Of a DNA stretch of 64,000 nt, positions 1 to 8,512 are shown piece by piece. The position numbers and the translations under genes are program-made. The notes below the pieces were generated by a model, which was not told the origin of the DNA, ran no database searches, and saw nothing but the letters and a program-made list of their open reading frames with translations. Location: assembly GCA_004431415.1 (NCBI GenBank), contig QPMI01000494.1, forward strand, positions 496,001 to 560,000, in the 5' to 3' direction. Every line of letters starts with the position of its first letter. Position 1 is the first letter of the stretch. The DNA comes from Cyanophora paradoxa CCMP329 (Eukaryota > Plantae > Glaucophyta).

Positions 1-2871
1 ATTGTAAAGGCGTTTTTGGAGTTCGAGAGGAACAAGAACACCAAAGATTCCAGCCAGGATGGAACCCTCACGACTCACACAACCGAAATAGCCGCAATAC
101 AATCGGAGATTAATGCACTGTTTGCAGCAGATGGAGCGCTTGCAATTACCTTAGCCCATATTCTATCGAAAAGGAACATTTACCCCGCGACTGATAACAC
201 ATACCGAGTTGGTTTATCGAATCTGAGATGGTCAGAGGTGCATGGAGTTTCCATGTTTGCCTCCAATTTAATCCTTCCATTAAATCACTCACTCCGACCT
301 AATCAGATTCTTACCAATGGTAATGCACTGATCAGCTACACCGACTATAATAGTAACCTTTCCCGCTCGGTTTCGCAAACTGAGACCTACACTGTCGAGG
401 GATACCCTCAGCAGCTCGCAAATGGGGTCTATGTCGCTTATGTAGGCAAACCTACATATACATTCACTTGGGATCAGTTGGGTGTCACAGGTTTCGAGAC
501 GAATATACCCACTGTTTCATTGGTGGATCACACTACTTATTATAATCCTATCTATAACAATAATGAATCTAATAAAGCATTTATCCAAAATGTCACCTCC
601 ACAGGGTTTCAGGTCTCGTTTGTCATTAACGAGACATACAATTTACTTATCATCCGAAACAACTCATTGAGTTCCGAAGCTACTATTAGTTTCACTCTCA
701 CCATCAATTACATTAGCCCTGTATTCGATAGCAAACCCAGAGTAAAGGTTTACCGAGATTTACAAGGTAGCAATATCGTGCCCTTCTCACAGAATTTCGA
801 TCTTGGGGCGAATTCTTTAAGGTGGAACACAGTTTATACTTTGAGTGCAAACACCTGTAATATTGTGGTCGCAGGATCATCGGCTACTATTGGAGAATTG
901 ACCGCCCCTTTTAGAAAGGAGTTTCTCAAAGAACTGTATATAACAAAGTCTGATTTACCAGATGCTATTTCGTTGGTGCTCTCCCCCACTCCCAGTATAT
1001 CCTACCACAATGTGAAAGACACCAGTAATGTAGTGCAAAGGGGAAGCAAAGTAATCCAGGCATCCGAGATATCAGCAACAACATATAGATACCTTGCAGG
1101 GGTTCCAGCAAACTTCAATTTTACATTTGAGACACCATTTGTCTCCCCTCCTACTATTGAAATAACTGACACGAATTTGTATGTGATCAATAATGGGTCG
1201 ACCACCTCTATTAACAATGCACCAGCCGGCTACTCCCCATTTGTTGCAACTAACATAACAACCACCGGCTTTACACTTGTCGGAAGTGCAACAGTGACAT
1301 ATGCTCTGACAGCATATCCTGTTGGGTTGTATTTTGCGAAATTTAATCTTTCAGCGATCCCACCTGTGTCCCTTTCTCCTCCCTTTACTATCAGTTGGAA
1401 GGCAACAGGAACTATTCCACGATTCGACCCCGAAGATCGCTTGAAAATTAGGTATCCTCTCGATGTGACCGACCTCCATACTACGAGAATAAATGGGCAG
1501 AATTTCGTATTTAATGGAACCAATGCGACTCTGATCAATAACAGTGTCACAAATAATTACTTTTTCGATTCTCGATATATTAATACTTGCAACATTGTCA
1601 TACAGAACACGTTTGAAAATCGCAGTAAGACCTTAACAGTCACCTTGCCCACTCACTCGAATGTCTCAGATGGATTTCACTATTATCTTTTCAATCGTAA
1701 TTACACCTCATATATTCCATATCCTTCTGAGACTGTCAACATGAGCTATCCCAGAGTTACCCTAACATCGACCAATGCTGACTTCTTTGGATCCACGGAC
1801 TTTATGACCTTCTTTGCTTTCACATCCTCTACTGATGGGCTTTTAGTTTATTACACTTTCAGGTATGATGCTGTTTGGACTCAGCTTGACAGCCACCCAA
1901 ATACAGATGTAATCGAAGTGGGCGATAAGAAGTATATTAAAACCGCTTCCCCATGGGTGTGCACTGTCCGGCTCGATGACAGATACACTCCCAACCTAAA
2001 TAACATTGGAATGCACTCGACTTGCAATATTTATGTGCAAGGTGCAATTTCGGCTACCAAATATTTCGAGGGAGGGAACTGTGATGCAGGGCATCGATTG
2101 CTATCGCGAAATGGATTCTTTGAGTCATTCAGTGGGACGGCTCTACCTCCCTTTATTAGGGACACAGTCTATGATACCACATGCAATATTTGGGTGTGTC
2201 GATCTGTGAGCAATCCACCTGTGACACAGGAATTATACAAGTATCTCGCAGATACCTATGGTGCAATCTCAGGATCCTCCACAGGAAATCCAGCGACGGC
2301 TCCCATCGTGTTTGCAAATGCATACACAGCGCCGACATCATTAGCAGGGTCGACAGAGCCGCCACCAAACGATCCCAATCCGAACCAGCCTAACCCAGAT
2401 CCCGATTCAAAAGATCCCCCTACAACTGATCCAGATCCAAACACGACACCTAATAATCCCACAAATCCTACTAATCCAGTCGGAGCACCGGGAACTGATC
2501 CAGGAACGTTAGTGCTTATGATTCTCTTGCCTATTCTTGGTGCTCTTGGGCTTGTGCTTGCATACAAATTCCGAGCTTTGTGTTGTGCATGCATAGACAG
2601 AACCATTGCAGGAGCAGGTAATAAATACTCAACACCAGAGCTTAATGTGACCCAAACAGCCGAAGGAGATGTGGGATTAGAGGTGAGATCAGCCGAGGGG
2701 CATGGTCTTAGTGTTGTGAGAACTGATCAACCACCAGCAAGCAGGGCAGCACCCAAAAAATCACGAGCAGAACGAATGGCTGAATCAATAATGAATGAAA
2801 ATGCAGACTTTATGGCGGAAATTGCACAACGAGAAGGGAGAATATATGAACATGTTCCAAACGTTATGTAA
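1..2871 (+). CDS. Viral fibre-like protein with C-terminal Pro-rich stalk and transmembrane helix (5'-truncated; frame open from base 1)
   Basis: Fibre motifs IYPATDNTYRVGLSNLRW and IVPFSQNFDLGANSLRW; lectin/gp53-like modules (FTFETPFVSPPTI...NITTTGF...ISWKATG); PNPNQPNPDP stalk; hydrophobic LVLMILLPILGALGLVLAY followed by KFRALCCAC. Confidence 0.65.
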   Translation: MVKAFLEFERNKNTKDSSQDGTLTTHTTEIAAIQSEINALFAADGALAITLAHILSKRNIYPATDNTYRVGLSNLRWSEVHGVSMFASNLILPLNHSLRPNQILTNGNALISYTDYNSNLSRSVSQTETYTVEGYPQQLANGVYVAYVGKPTYTFTWDQLGVTGFETNIPTVSLVDHTTYYNPIYNNNESNKAFIQNVTSTGFQVSFVINETYNLLIIRNNSLSSEATISFTLTINYISPVFDSKPRVKVYRDLQGSNIVPFSQNFDLGANSLRWNTVYTLSANTCNIVVAGSSATIGELTAPFRKEFLKELYITKSDLPDAISLVLSPTPSISYHNVKDTSNVVQRGSKVIQASEISATTYRYLAGVPANFNFTFETPFVSPPTIEITDTNLYVINNGSTTSINNAPAGYSPFVATNITTTGFTLVGSATVTYALTAYPVGLYFAKFNLSAIPPVSLSPPFTISWKATGTIPRFDPEDRLKIRYPLDVTDLHTTRINGQNFVFNGTNATLINNSVTNNYFFDSRYINTCNIVIQNTFENRSKTLTVTLPTHSNVSDGFHYYLFNRNYTSYIPYPSETVNMSYPRVTLTSTNADFFGSTDFMTFFAFTSSTDGLLVYYTFRYDAVWTQLDSHPNTDVIEVGDKKYIKTASPWVCTVRLDDRYTPNLNNIGMHSTCNIYVQGAISATKYFEGGNCDAGHRLLSRNGFFESFSGTALPPFIRDTVYDTTCNIWVCRSVSNPPVTQELYKYLADTYGAISGSSTGNPATAPIVFANAYTAPTSLAGSTEPPPNDPNPNQPNPDPDSKDPPTTDPDPNTTPNNPTNPTNPVGAPGTDPGTLVLMILLPILGALGLVLAYKFRALCCACIDRTIAGAGNKYSTPELNVTQTAEGDVGLEVRSAEGHGLSVVRTDQPPASRAAPKKSRAERMAESIMNENADFMAEIAQREGRIYEHVPNVM

Positions 2872-2908
2872 CAACCTTAATTTTTGTAGTATTCCATAAT
2901 AGAGTATA

Positions 2909-5900
2909 ATGACTGAACCCATAGTAGAAACGACAGTAAAGAATGCTGTATTGGATAATAATTTTTATATAACCCATGCCAATATACCCAGTGAATCCAA
3001 TGACCTGATAGTAGATCTAAAAGGGTATGTGATGGGAGCTATGGCTTCCAATCTGTGGAATGACATTTTTGGTTACGAGTTTGGTCACATATATGACATA
3101 GCAAATGGGATTGGCTATGTGGATGCAATGGCAGGAACAGCCTTTCGAAATCTAAATTGCAACTGTGTGGGAGGGTGGATGTTTCAGATCTGTTCAAATG
3201 TCGATCCTACTATTGATCCCGCCACGATTACTTTTGATTGCAATCTGTATGCCCCCAAAACCATTTTTTCTATCACTTGCAATCTCGTTAATTCGGATGT
3301 GCCCATAGTAGCACCTGTAATAGGTGCATCAAATATGTATATCCAAAGAAACCCGGTCGTGCATACAGGCGCCGAATTTATATTGGGCGACAACACCCCG
3401 ATTTGCAGACTCGATCGCGATTTACCTAACAGCCATAATCTCATGTATTTCACCTCTGAAAATCGCCTTTCGGGTGATTTCTCACCAATTGAACTCACTA
3501 TACCAAAGCAGAAGGTGAGCTATAAAGAACTCACAGATGTCCCTTTAACGTTTCCGCCCAATTCTCACGAGCATTTGTGGGAGCATATCACCAATCGACC
3601 ATTAACCTTCCCACCTGATCCACACACTCATGATTACTTGTCTCTCAAAGGTGGTGTTATCTCATCTAATCTTACAATTTCATCAAACCTTACAGTTACA
3701 AGTAACATTTATGCCAGTAACATTTATAGCAGTAACATTTACAGCAGTAACCTATGGGCAAGTAATATTAATGGAAGTAATGTAATAGTCGATTATCTCA
3801 CTGTGAAGATTGAAGCAAACCTACCAAATCACCCGACATCGAATGTTGTTTTAGATTGGTTAGCAAAGCAAAAACACACAAAAGCAGATATTACAGATTT
3901 TGCACACACTCACACAAAAGATCAAATAACAGATTTCGCCCACACTCATTTATGGGAGCATATCACAAATCCCCCATCCACCTTCCCACCGGGAAAACAC
4001 ACACATGATTACTCAGAGATTACTAATAGTAACCACAGGCACCCATGGGATGAAATAGATGAGCAGCCAGTTTTTGCGCAATTGAATGCAATCGGAAACG
4101 TTTTTAATGGCGTCACACTTTACCAATCGATTAATACACCTGAAAGGCTATTTTTGAATGATCATTATGTTAGTCTGAATGGGTCGTTTACAGGTGAAAC
4201 AGGCACACCGATGGTGGGAACTCTTGCTGTAAGATTACCCAGGGATCCAATCGTAAACGGAGTGTATAGTGGCGATTTCAATGTAGGAGTAAATGATACT
4301 TTCCCCAGTATCTATGTTACGAATTATCACCCAGGAGAAATAGGACAAGAAGCGGATTTTTCAGCAGCAATTCAAGTAAATGTAACGGATCAAAGCGCAT
4401 ATGATGGAGCAAGACCTAAGATTGTGTTCACAAGGGAGAAAGTTGTAAACTATCTTCCTGTTGTGGGACAACCCACAGATGATCACGGAAAATGCGAGAT
4501 TGCATGGATTAAAACAACAACAGGAGGCGCCTTAGAAGTCAATCAGAGAATGGCGGCGAAAAACTTACACAATACAACCCTTTCAGGTGTGGTAACAGAT
4601 GATTACCTCGAAAGCAAAAACTATGTAGATGATACAGAACTTGCAGCAATTCTTGAAGATTATGTTACAGATACCGAATTAACGTCGGCTCTTGGGAATT
4701 ATTTACCCCTTACAGGCGGGACTCTCACAGGTGATGTGCATGCTCCGAATTTCTTTGTGGACACTCCGAATGATCAGTCATTCCCTGTTGTCCACCTTGG
4801 TGCTGAATATGTTTTAGATCCAAACACCCCATTTAGTCGTCTTGAATTACCCAATGTTCACAAGCATTTCTGGGAGCATATCGTCAATCCCCCATCGACC
4901 TATCCACCTGATTCACACGATCATGATTATTTACCACTAACAGGTGGAACAATTGCAGGTGATGTGCATGCTTCTAATTTCTTTGTTACTACTCCGAATG
5001 ATCAAACATTTCCTGTTGTCCACCTTGGTGCTGAATATGTATTAGATCCAAACACTCCAATTAGTCGCATTGAATTACCCAATGTTCACAATGTTCGACC
5101 ATTAACCTTCCCACCTGATCCACACACTCACACAAAGTCAGAGATTACAGATTTTTCACACACTCACACAAAGTCAGAAATAACAGATTTTGCCCATACC
5201 CACACAAAGTCTCAAATTACAGACTTCCCGACATTTGCGACTGTGGCAACAACTGGAAACTATGATGATCTGATAAATACACCAACATACACTTCACCAA
5301 CTGATTTTGACGCTACAAGTGGTATTTCCACAGACCGCACAGGAGATTGGAGAGATTATGTTGGGCAACCACTTGTAGGTGACACAAGCACTTGGGCAAA
5401 CACATGGATTGATGGTGATGATGATTGTAGTAGCTGTAAGATGTATTGGACTGTTCCAACAGACATGAAATCATGTTATATCTATTATACGTGTCAGTAT
5501 GACAGTAGATACTTTGATGTTGTTGGAATTGAACCATCAAACAATACTTATACTCGTTTACGAGTAAATGCCTATGCTCCTGGAATTAATCCTGTAAGAG
5601 ATTTTAAACAGTTTGTTGCAATAAATTGTGAAGGACTTGTTAAAGTTGGTGTTCATGGACAAATAGGAAGAATTTATCTTCCAGGTCCGATTACTGTTGG
5701 TTGGAGCAAAAACCCCGCTATATCGTCACACAGTGGTTTCCTCCATTGGAATAATATATACGGGAAGCCAACAGCTTCTACGACTGTCGGTCCTCACTCT
5801 CATTTTAAAGCAGATATCACAGATTTCGCACATAGTCACACAAAGGCAAATATAACAGACTTCGCCCATACTCACACAAAATCGGAAATCACGGATTTCC

Positions 5901-6445
5901 CAACCTTAGACCCATTTGTAGCAAATACAATTACAGCCAATAACACCATGTATGTGGGATCCGGTCAAATTTACCAACCGAATGCGCCACTTTATTTGGA
6001 ACAATGGTTCTTCCACAATTCCACAAATATATACGATAAAACGTTATTATGTCGGGGAAATGCTTACGCAAGAGCATATTATGCAATGGATGAAACAGAT
6101 AATACAAAGATCGCAAAACTTGTTTCAGAACAGCGTGTCAATAAAGACCAGTATATACAAACAGGGAAATTCTCAAAATCTTTGACAATCACAGGTCCGG
6201 GTCATTGGGGATTTCCACAGGTTGTCACATTCCCGAAAGCATTTGCGGAAGCCCCAGAAGTGGTTCTCAATCTGATACAAGGATATAATGGTGGTTCATA
6301 TGTATTGGTATATGGTGTCACAAGTTCCACAACAACAACATTTACTATTCATGCAACAATTTCGGCAGAACATGAATTCAATGAAAGCATTGGACTTTTC
6401 CACTATCAAATGAGTTATATAGCAACAGGGAAGATGGTAGCATAA
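2909..6445 (+). CDS. Tail-fibre-like protein (1178 aa) with HTHTKxxITDF repeats
   Basis: Multiple HTHTKSEITDF repeats, YLPLTGGT(L/I)xG twice, FATVATTGNYDDL, SNIY repeats, and a C-terminal VTFPKAFAEAPEV...YIATG lectin/gp53-like module. These motifs are typical of phage/virus fibres. Confidence 0.75.
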   Translation: MTEPIVETTVKNAVLDNNFYITHANIPSESNDLIVDLKGYVMGAMASNLWNDIFGYEFGHIYDIANGIGYVDAMAGTAFRNLNCNCVGGWMFQICSNVDPTIDPATITFDCNLYAPKTIFSITCNLVNSDVPIVAPVIGASNMYIQRNPVVHTGAEFILGDNTPICRLDRDLPNSHNLMYFTSENRLSGDFSPIELTIPKQKVSYKELTDVPLTFPPNSHEHLWEHITNRPLTFPPDPHTHDYLSLKGGVISSNLTISSNLTVTSNIYASNIYSSNIYSSNLWASNINGSNVIVDYLTVKIEANLPNHPTSNVVLDWLAKQKHTKADITDFAHTHTKDQITDFAHTHLWEHITNPPSTFPPGKHTHDYSEITNSNHRHPWDEIDEQPVFAQLNAIGNVFNGVTLYQSINTPERLFLNDHYVSLNGSFTGETGTPMVGTLAVRLPRDPIVNGVYSGDFNVGVNDTFPSIYVTNYHPGEIGQEADFSAAIQVNVTDQSAYDGARPKIVFTREKVVNYLPVVGQPTDDHGKCEIAWIKTTTGGALEVNQRMAAKNLHNTTLSGVVTDDYLESKNYVDDTELAAILEDYVTDTELTSALGNYLPLTGGTLTGDVHAPNFFVDTPNDQSFPVVHLGAEYVLDPNTPFSRLELPNVHKHFWEHIVNPPSTYPPDSHDHDYLPLTGGTIAGDVHASNFFVTTPNDQTFPVVHLGAEYVLDPNTPISRIELPNVHNVRPLTFPPDPHTHTKSEITDFSHTHTKSEITDFAHTHTKSQITDFPTFATVATTGNYDDLINTPTYTSPTDFDATSGISTDRTGDWRDYVGQPLVGDTSTWANTWIDGDDDCSSCKMYWTVPTDMKSCYIYYTCQYDSRYFDVVGIEPSNNTYTRLRVNAYAPGINPVRDFKQFVAINCEGLVKVGVHGQIGRIYLPGPITVGWSKNPAISSHSGFLHWNNIYGKPTASTTVGPHSHFKADITDFAHSHTKANITDFAHTHTKSEITDFPTLDPFVANTITANNTMYVGSGQIYQPNAPLYLEQWFFHNSTNIYDKTLLCRGNAYARAYYAMDETDNTKIAKLVSEQRVNKDQYIQTGKFSKSLTITGPGHWGFPQVVTFPKAFAEAPEVVLNLIQGYNGGSYVLVYGVTSSTTTTFTIHATISAEHEFNESIGLFHYQMSYIATGKMVA
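4698..5091 (+). repeat. Intragenic ~165-bp direct duplication (4698-4863 / 4926-5091)
   Basis: Two near-identical copies encoding YLPLTGGTxxGDVHAxNFFVxTPNDQxFPVVHLGAEYVLDPNTPxSRxELPNVH, 228 bp apart. Confidence 0.9.
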
Positions 6446-6485
6446 TATTCTCACGTAATAATAATAATATTCTCACGTAATAATA
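6442..6485 (+). promoter_or_regulatory. 22-bp tandem duplication ATAATATTCTCACGTAATAATA upstream of the C1q gene; candidate promoter
   Basis: Exact tandem repeat in the intergenic gap. Its core AATATTCTCACGTA matches 13/14 a motif upstream of the element-1 penton gene. Confidence 0.45.
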
Positions 6486-6500
6486 AAGAACAATCAAAAG

Positions 6501-7532
6501 ATGTCGACTGTGTTTACCCCTGTGTTTTCCTTATCAGCCAGTGCTGTCCATAACGTGCAACACACTGTCTATGATCTAAACGAGTCATTCCCTTCGACTG
6601 AAACAGCGAAATCCGATTCTTTCAATGAGACATCCATTCTCAGAGTCAAAGAACTCAGAGCCGACAAGGCTGGTGGACTCGTTAAAGCTACTGAACTGAT
6701 CGTATCGAATCGACCCGCAAAAACAGGGGATCTAATCACCAAAGATAATCTATATGAAGGTCAAGCGGATTATAAAACAGCTTTTAATCCGGCTGATAGG
6801 AAATCAGCGGCTTTTCAAGTAGTTAGTGGCGGGGCATGGATTGGGACTGGACTGAGTGTTAATGGGACAGTGACAGCAACCAATTATGCTGGGGCTGTGA
6901 GTGCAACCACTGGCGGGTTTACTGGAATCCTAACAGCGAGTGGCGGTGTTAAAACCACAACTATTGATTCTGGGGGCAATACAGAATTAGTCATAAAACG
7001 AAATAATGAGAATATCGCTTCCACTTTCACAGCTACTACAACTAATTCAACAACTGGGGCAGTTGCTGGAACTTACAGCTGGAAAGGTATTACTATCAAT
7101 GGGGCAAACTCCTATCTTGCAACTCCAAACCATCCATGGTTTTGTGTTGGATTGAGTGCCACCGTTTCGACTGTAGGATTTATCACAACTGGGTTTAGCC
7201 ATGTTTGGTCTAATAATCAAAATGCTTTTAGCACTTCGACAGGTAAATTCACAGCACCTATAAGCGGAAGTTACCTTTTTACATTCACAGGAGTAACAAA
7301 TAGCACAGGACCTTTTTCACTAACATTGACTGTAAATGGTGGATATCAAAATGGTAAATATACAGGAGCACAATCAAACTCTACCAACTCACAAAAAACT
7401 ATTTGTTTATCAAATATTTTAAATCTTGTAGCTGGAGACTCCGTTTACTTATATTTGGCGTTAGGTAGTTTATTAGGAGATGCAGGCGGGAGTTTCACGA
7501 CTTTTACCGGTTGTTTAATTTCTGCAGCTTAA
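6501..7532 (+). CDS. Fibre/spike protein with C-terminal C1q/TNF-like domain
   Basis: C-terminal FSTSTGKFTAPISGSYLFTF...LNLVAGDSVYL...FTGCLI fits the C1q-domain pattern; Thr/Gly-rich shaft. Confidence 0.8.
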   Translation: MSTVFTPVFSLSASAVHNVQHTVYDLNESFPSTETAKSDSFNETSILRVKELRADKAGGLVKATELIVSNRPAKTGDLITKDNLYEGQADYKTAFNPADRKSAAFQVVSGGAWIGTGLSVNGTVTATNYAGAVSATTGGFTGILTASGGVKTTTIDSGGNTELVIKRNNENIASTFTATTTNSTTGAVAGTYSWKGITINGANSYLATPNHPWFCVGLSATVSTVGFITTGFSHVWSNNQNAFSTSTGKFTAPISGSYLFTFTGVTNSTGPFSLTLTVNGGYQNGKYTGAQSNSTNSQKTICLSNILNLVAGDSVYLYLALGSLLGDAGGSFTTFTGCLISAA

Positions 7533-7540
7533 TTAAAAGA

Positions 7541-7804
7541 ATGTCGCACAACTATCAAGTTGTTTTAACTGAAACCGAGAAACTGGGAATGGAATACTGT
7601 GCCTACTCTGTTCAGGATTGGATCGATAATGTGGCTCATAATAGGGCGAGAATCGCAATTGATGAGATTGTGGACAAAGAAGTTAAATCGTGTATTGCCG
7701 CTGGAATTCCGATTCCACTCACAAAGGAAGCGATTGTAGAGCAAGCGTTTGCAAGGGGGACTGTTCAGAAGGCAAGCGAAATTACTGTGAGTGCTCCTAT
7801 GTAA
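7541..7804 (+). CDS. Small phage-like protein (87 aa), putative fibre partner/chaperone
   Basis: ATG at 7541, directly after the C1q gene. YQVVLTETEKLGMEY...VQDWIDNVAHNRARIAIDEIV resembles, from memory, small proteins that follow C1q fibre genes in marine phages. Confidence 0.6.
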   Translation: MSHNYQVVLTETEKLGMEYCAYSVQDWIDNVAHNRARIAIDEIVDKEVKSCIAAGIPIPLTKEAIVEQAFARGTVQKASEITVSAPM

Positions 7805-7978
7805 AGAGAGATGGGTTTATTGTTATTTTTCATAGATCATGCATAAGAAAGGCATGTATCTTGCATAGTGGGCGGGGCGCGAGTGGTTCCAGTGCATTAA
7901 ATGGAACATTTCGATTGAATTCGCGAGTTTGTGCAGGTGGGCATTTTCGGCAGGACAAACTTGCGCACTCATCATACT

Positions 7979-8323
7979 CTATCGGTGGGGTTCACCTTGA
8001 TTTCGTATTTTATTAACCCGAATTAAGGCTATCGGTGGGGGTCACCTTTATTTTTCAATTTGCTAACTGAAAACAGTTTGGAAACGATCGGGAACATTTC
8101 GTAAAAATAGGGGTCTTACTGTCCTTACTGAGAAATCGAGGGAGGGTTTAAGGGCTTACTGGGAATGGTAAGAGATTAGAAAAATGAAGAATGAAAGGGT
8201 TTCGCGATTGGTTTCAGTAAGGAAGGGTTAGATGTTTGAAAAATACAGTGCTAATTTATAATTTGTTACTGAGCCTTACTGAGAAATTTGAAAATGGATA
8301 ATGGGCTTACTGAGAATGGTAGT
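7979..8323. repeat. Subterminal direct repeats (CTATCGGTGGGGxTCACCTT x2; CTTACTGAGAA-type blocks x2)
   Basis: Copies at ~7979 and ~8029. The block CTTACTGxCCTTACTGAGAAAT...GGCTTACTGxGAATGGTA recurs at ~8115-8170 and ~8266-8321. Confidence 0.6.
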
Positions 8324-8419
8324 GGGGGAGGTCGCGCAATTGGTGGGGTCTACCTGCAAGCGAGCAGCTTCAGATGGAAAAAGCCCACAGGGGGGCACGC
8401 TCCCAGCAGGGTTTTGTAT

Positions 8420-8512
8420 GGGACTGAGAGAACCTCAGTCGGCCAATTTGGTGACTCAGTCGGGTCAGTCAGACCCTCTGACTTTGACTGACAGTGACTG
8501 AACCCAGCCCTA
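8420..8512. mobile_element. Right end of a hAT-family transposon/MITE
   Basis: 8497-8512 ACTGAACCCAGCCCTA matches 15/16 each TIR of the MITE at 43826-44362, and is preceded by similar CAGT/ACTG subterminal repeats. Confidence 0.7.

Larger units (their letters stand above)
1..8330. mobile_element. Endogenous viral element 0 (right part; fibre/structural gene block), left end outside window, right boundary approximate
   Basis: AT-rich, intronless, tightly packed co-oriented ORFs with phage/virus tail-fibre motifs, unlike the GC-rich intron-rich host DNA after ~8520. A repeat-containing non-coding tail spans 7805-8330. Confidence 0.65.

Noticed and set aside
1-7804. Bacterial prophage or contaminant
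   Set aside because: It is contiguous with a eukaryotic hAT end and intron-containing genes and shares a motif with element 1; no phage head, terminase or lysis genes are in view. The virus class stays unassigned.
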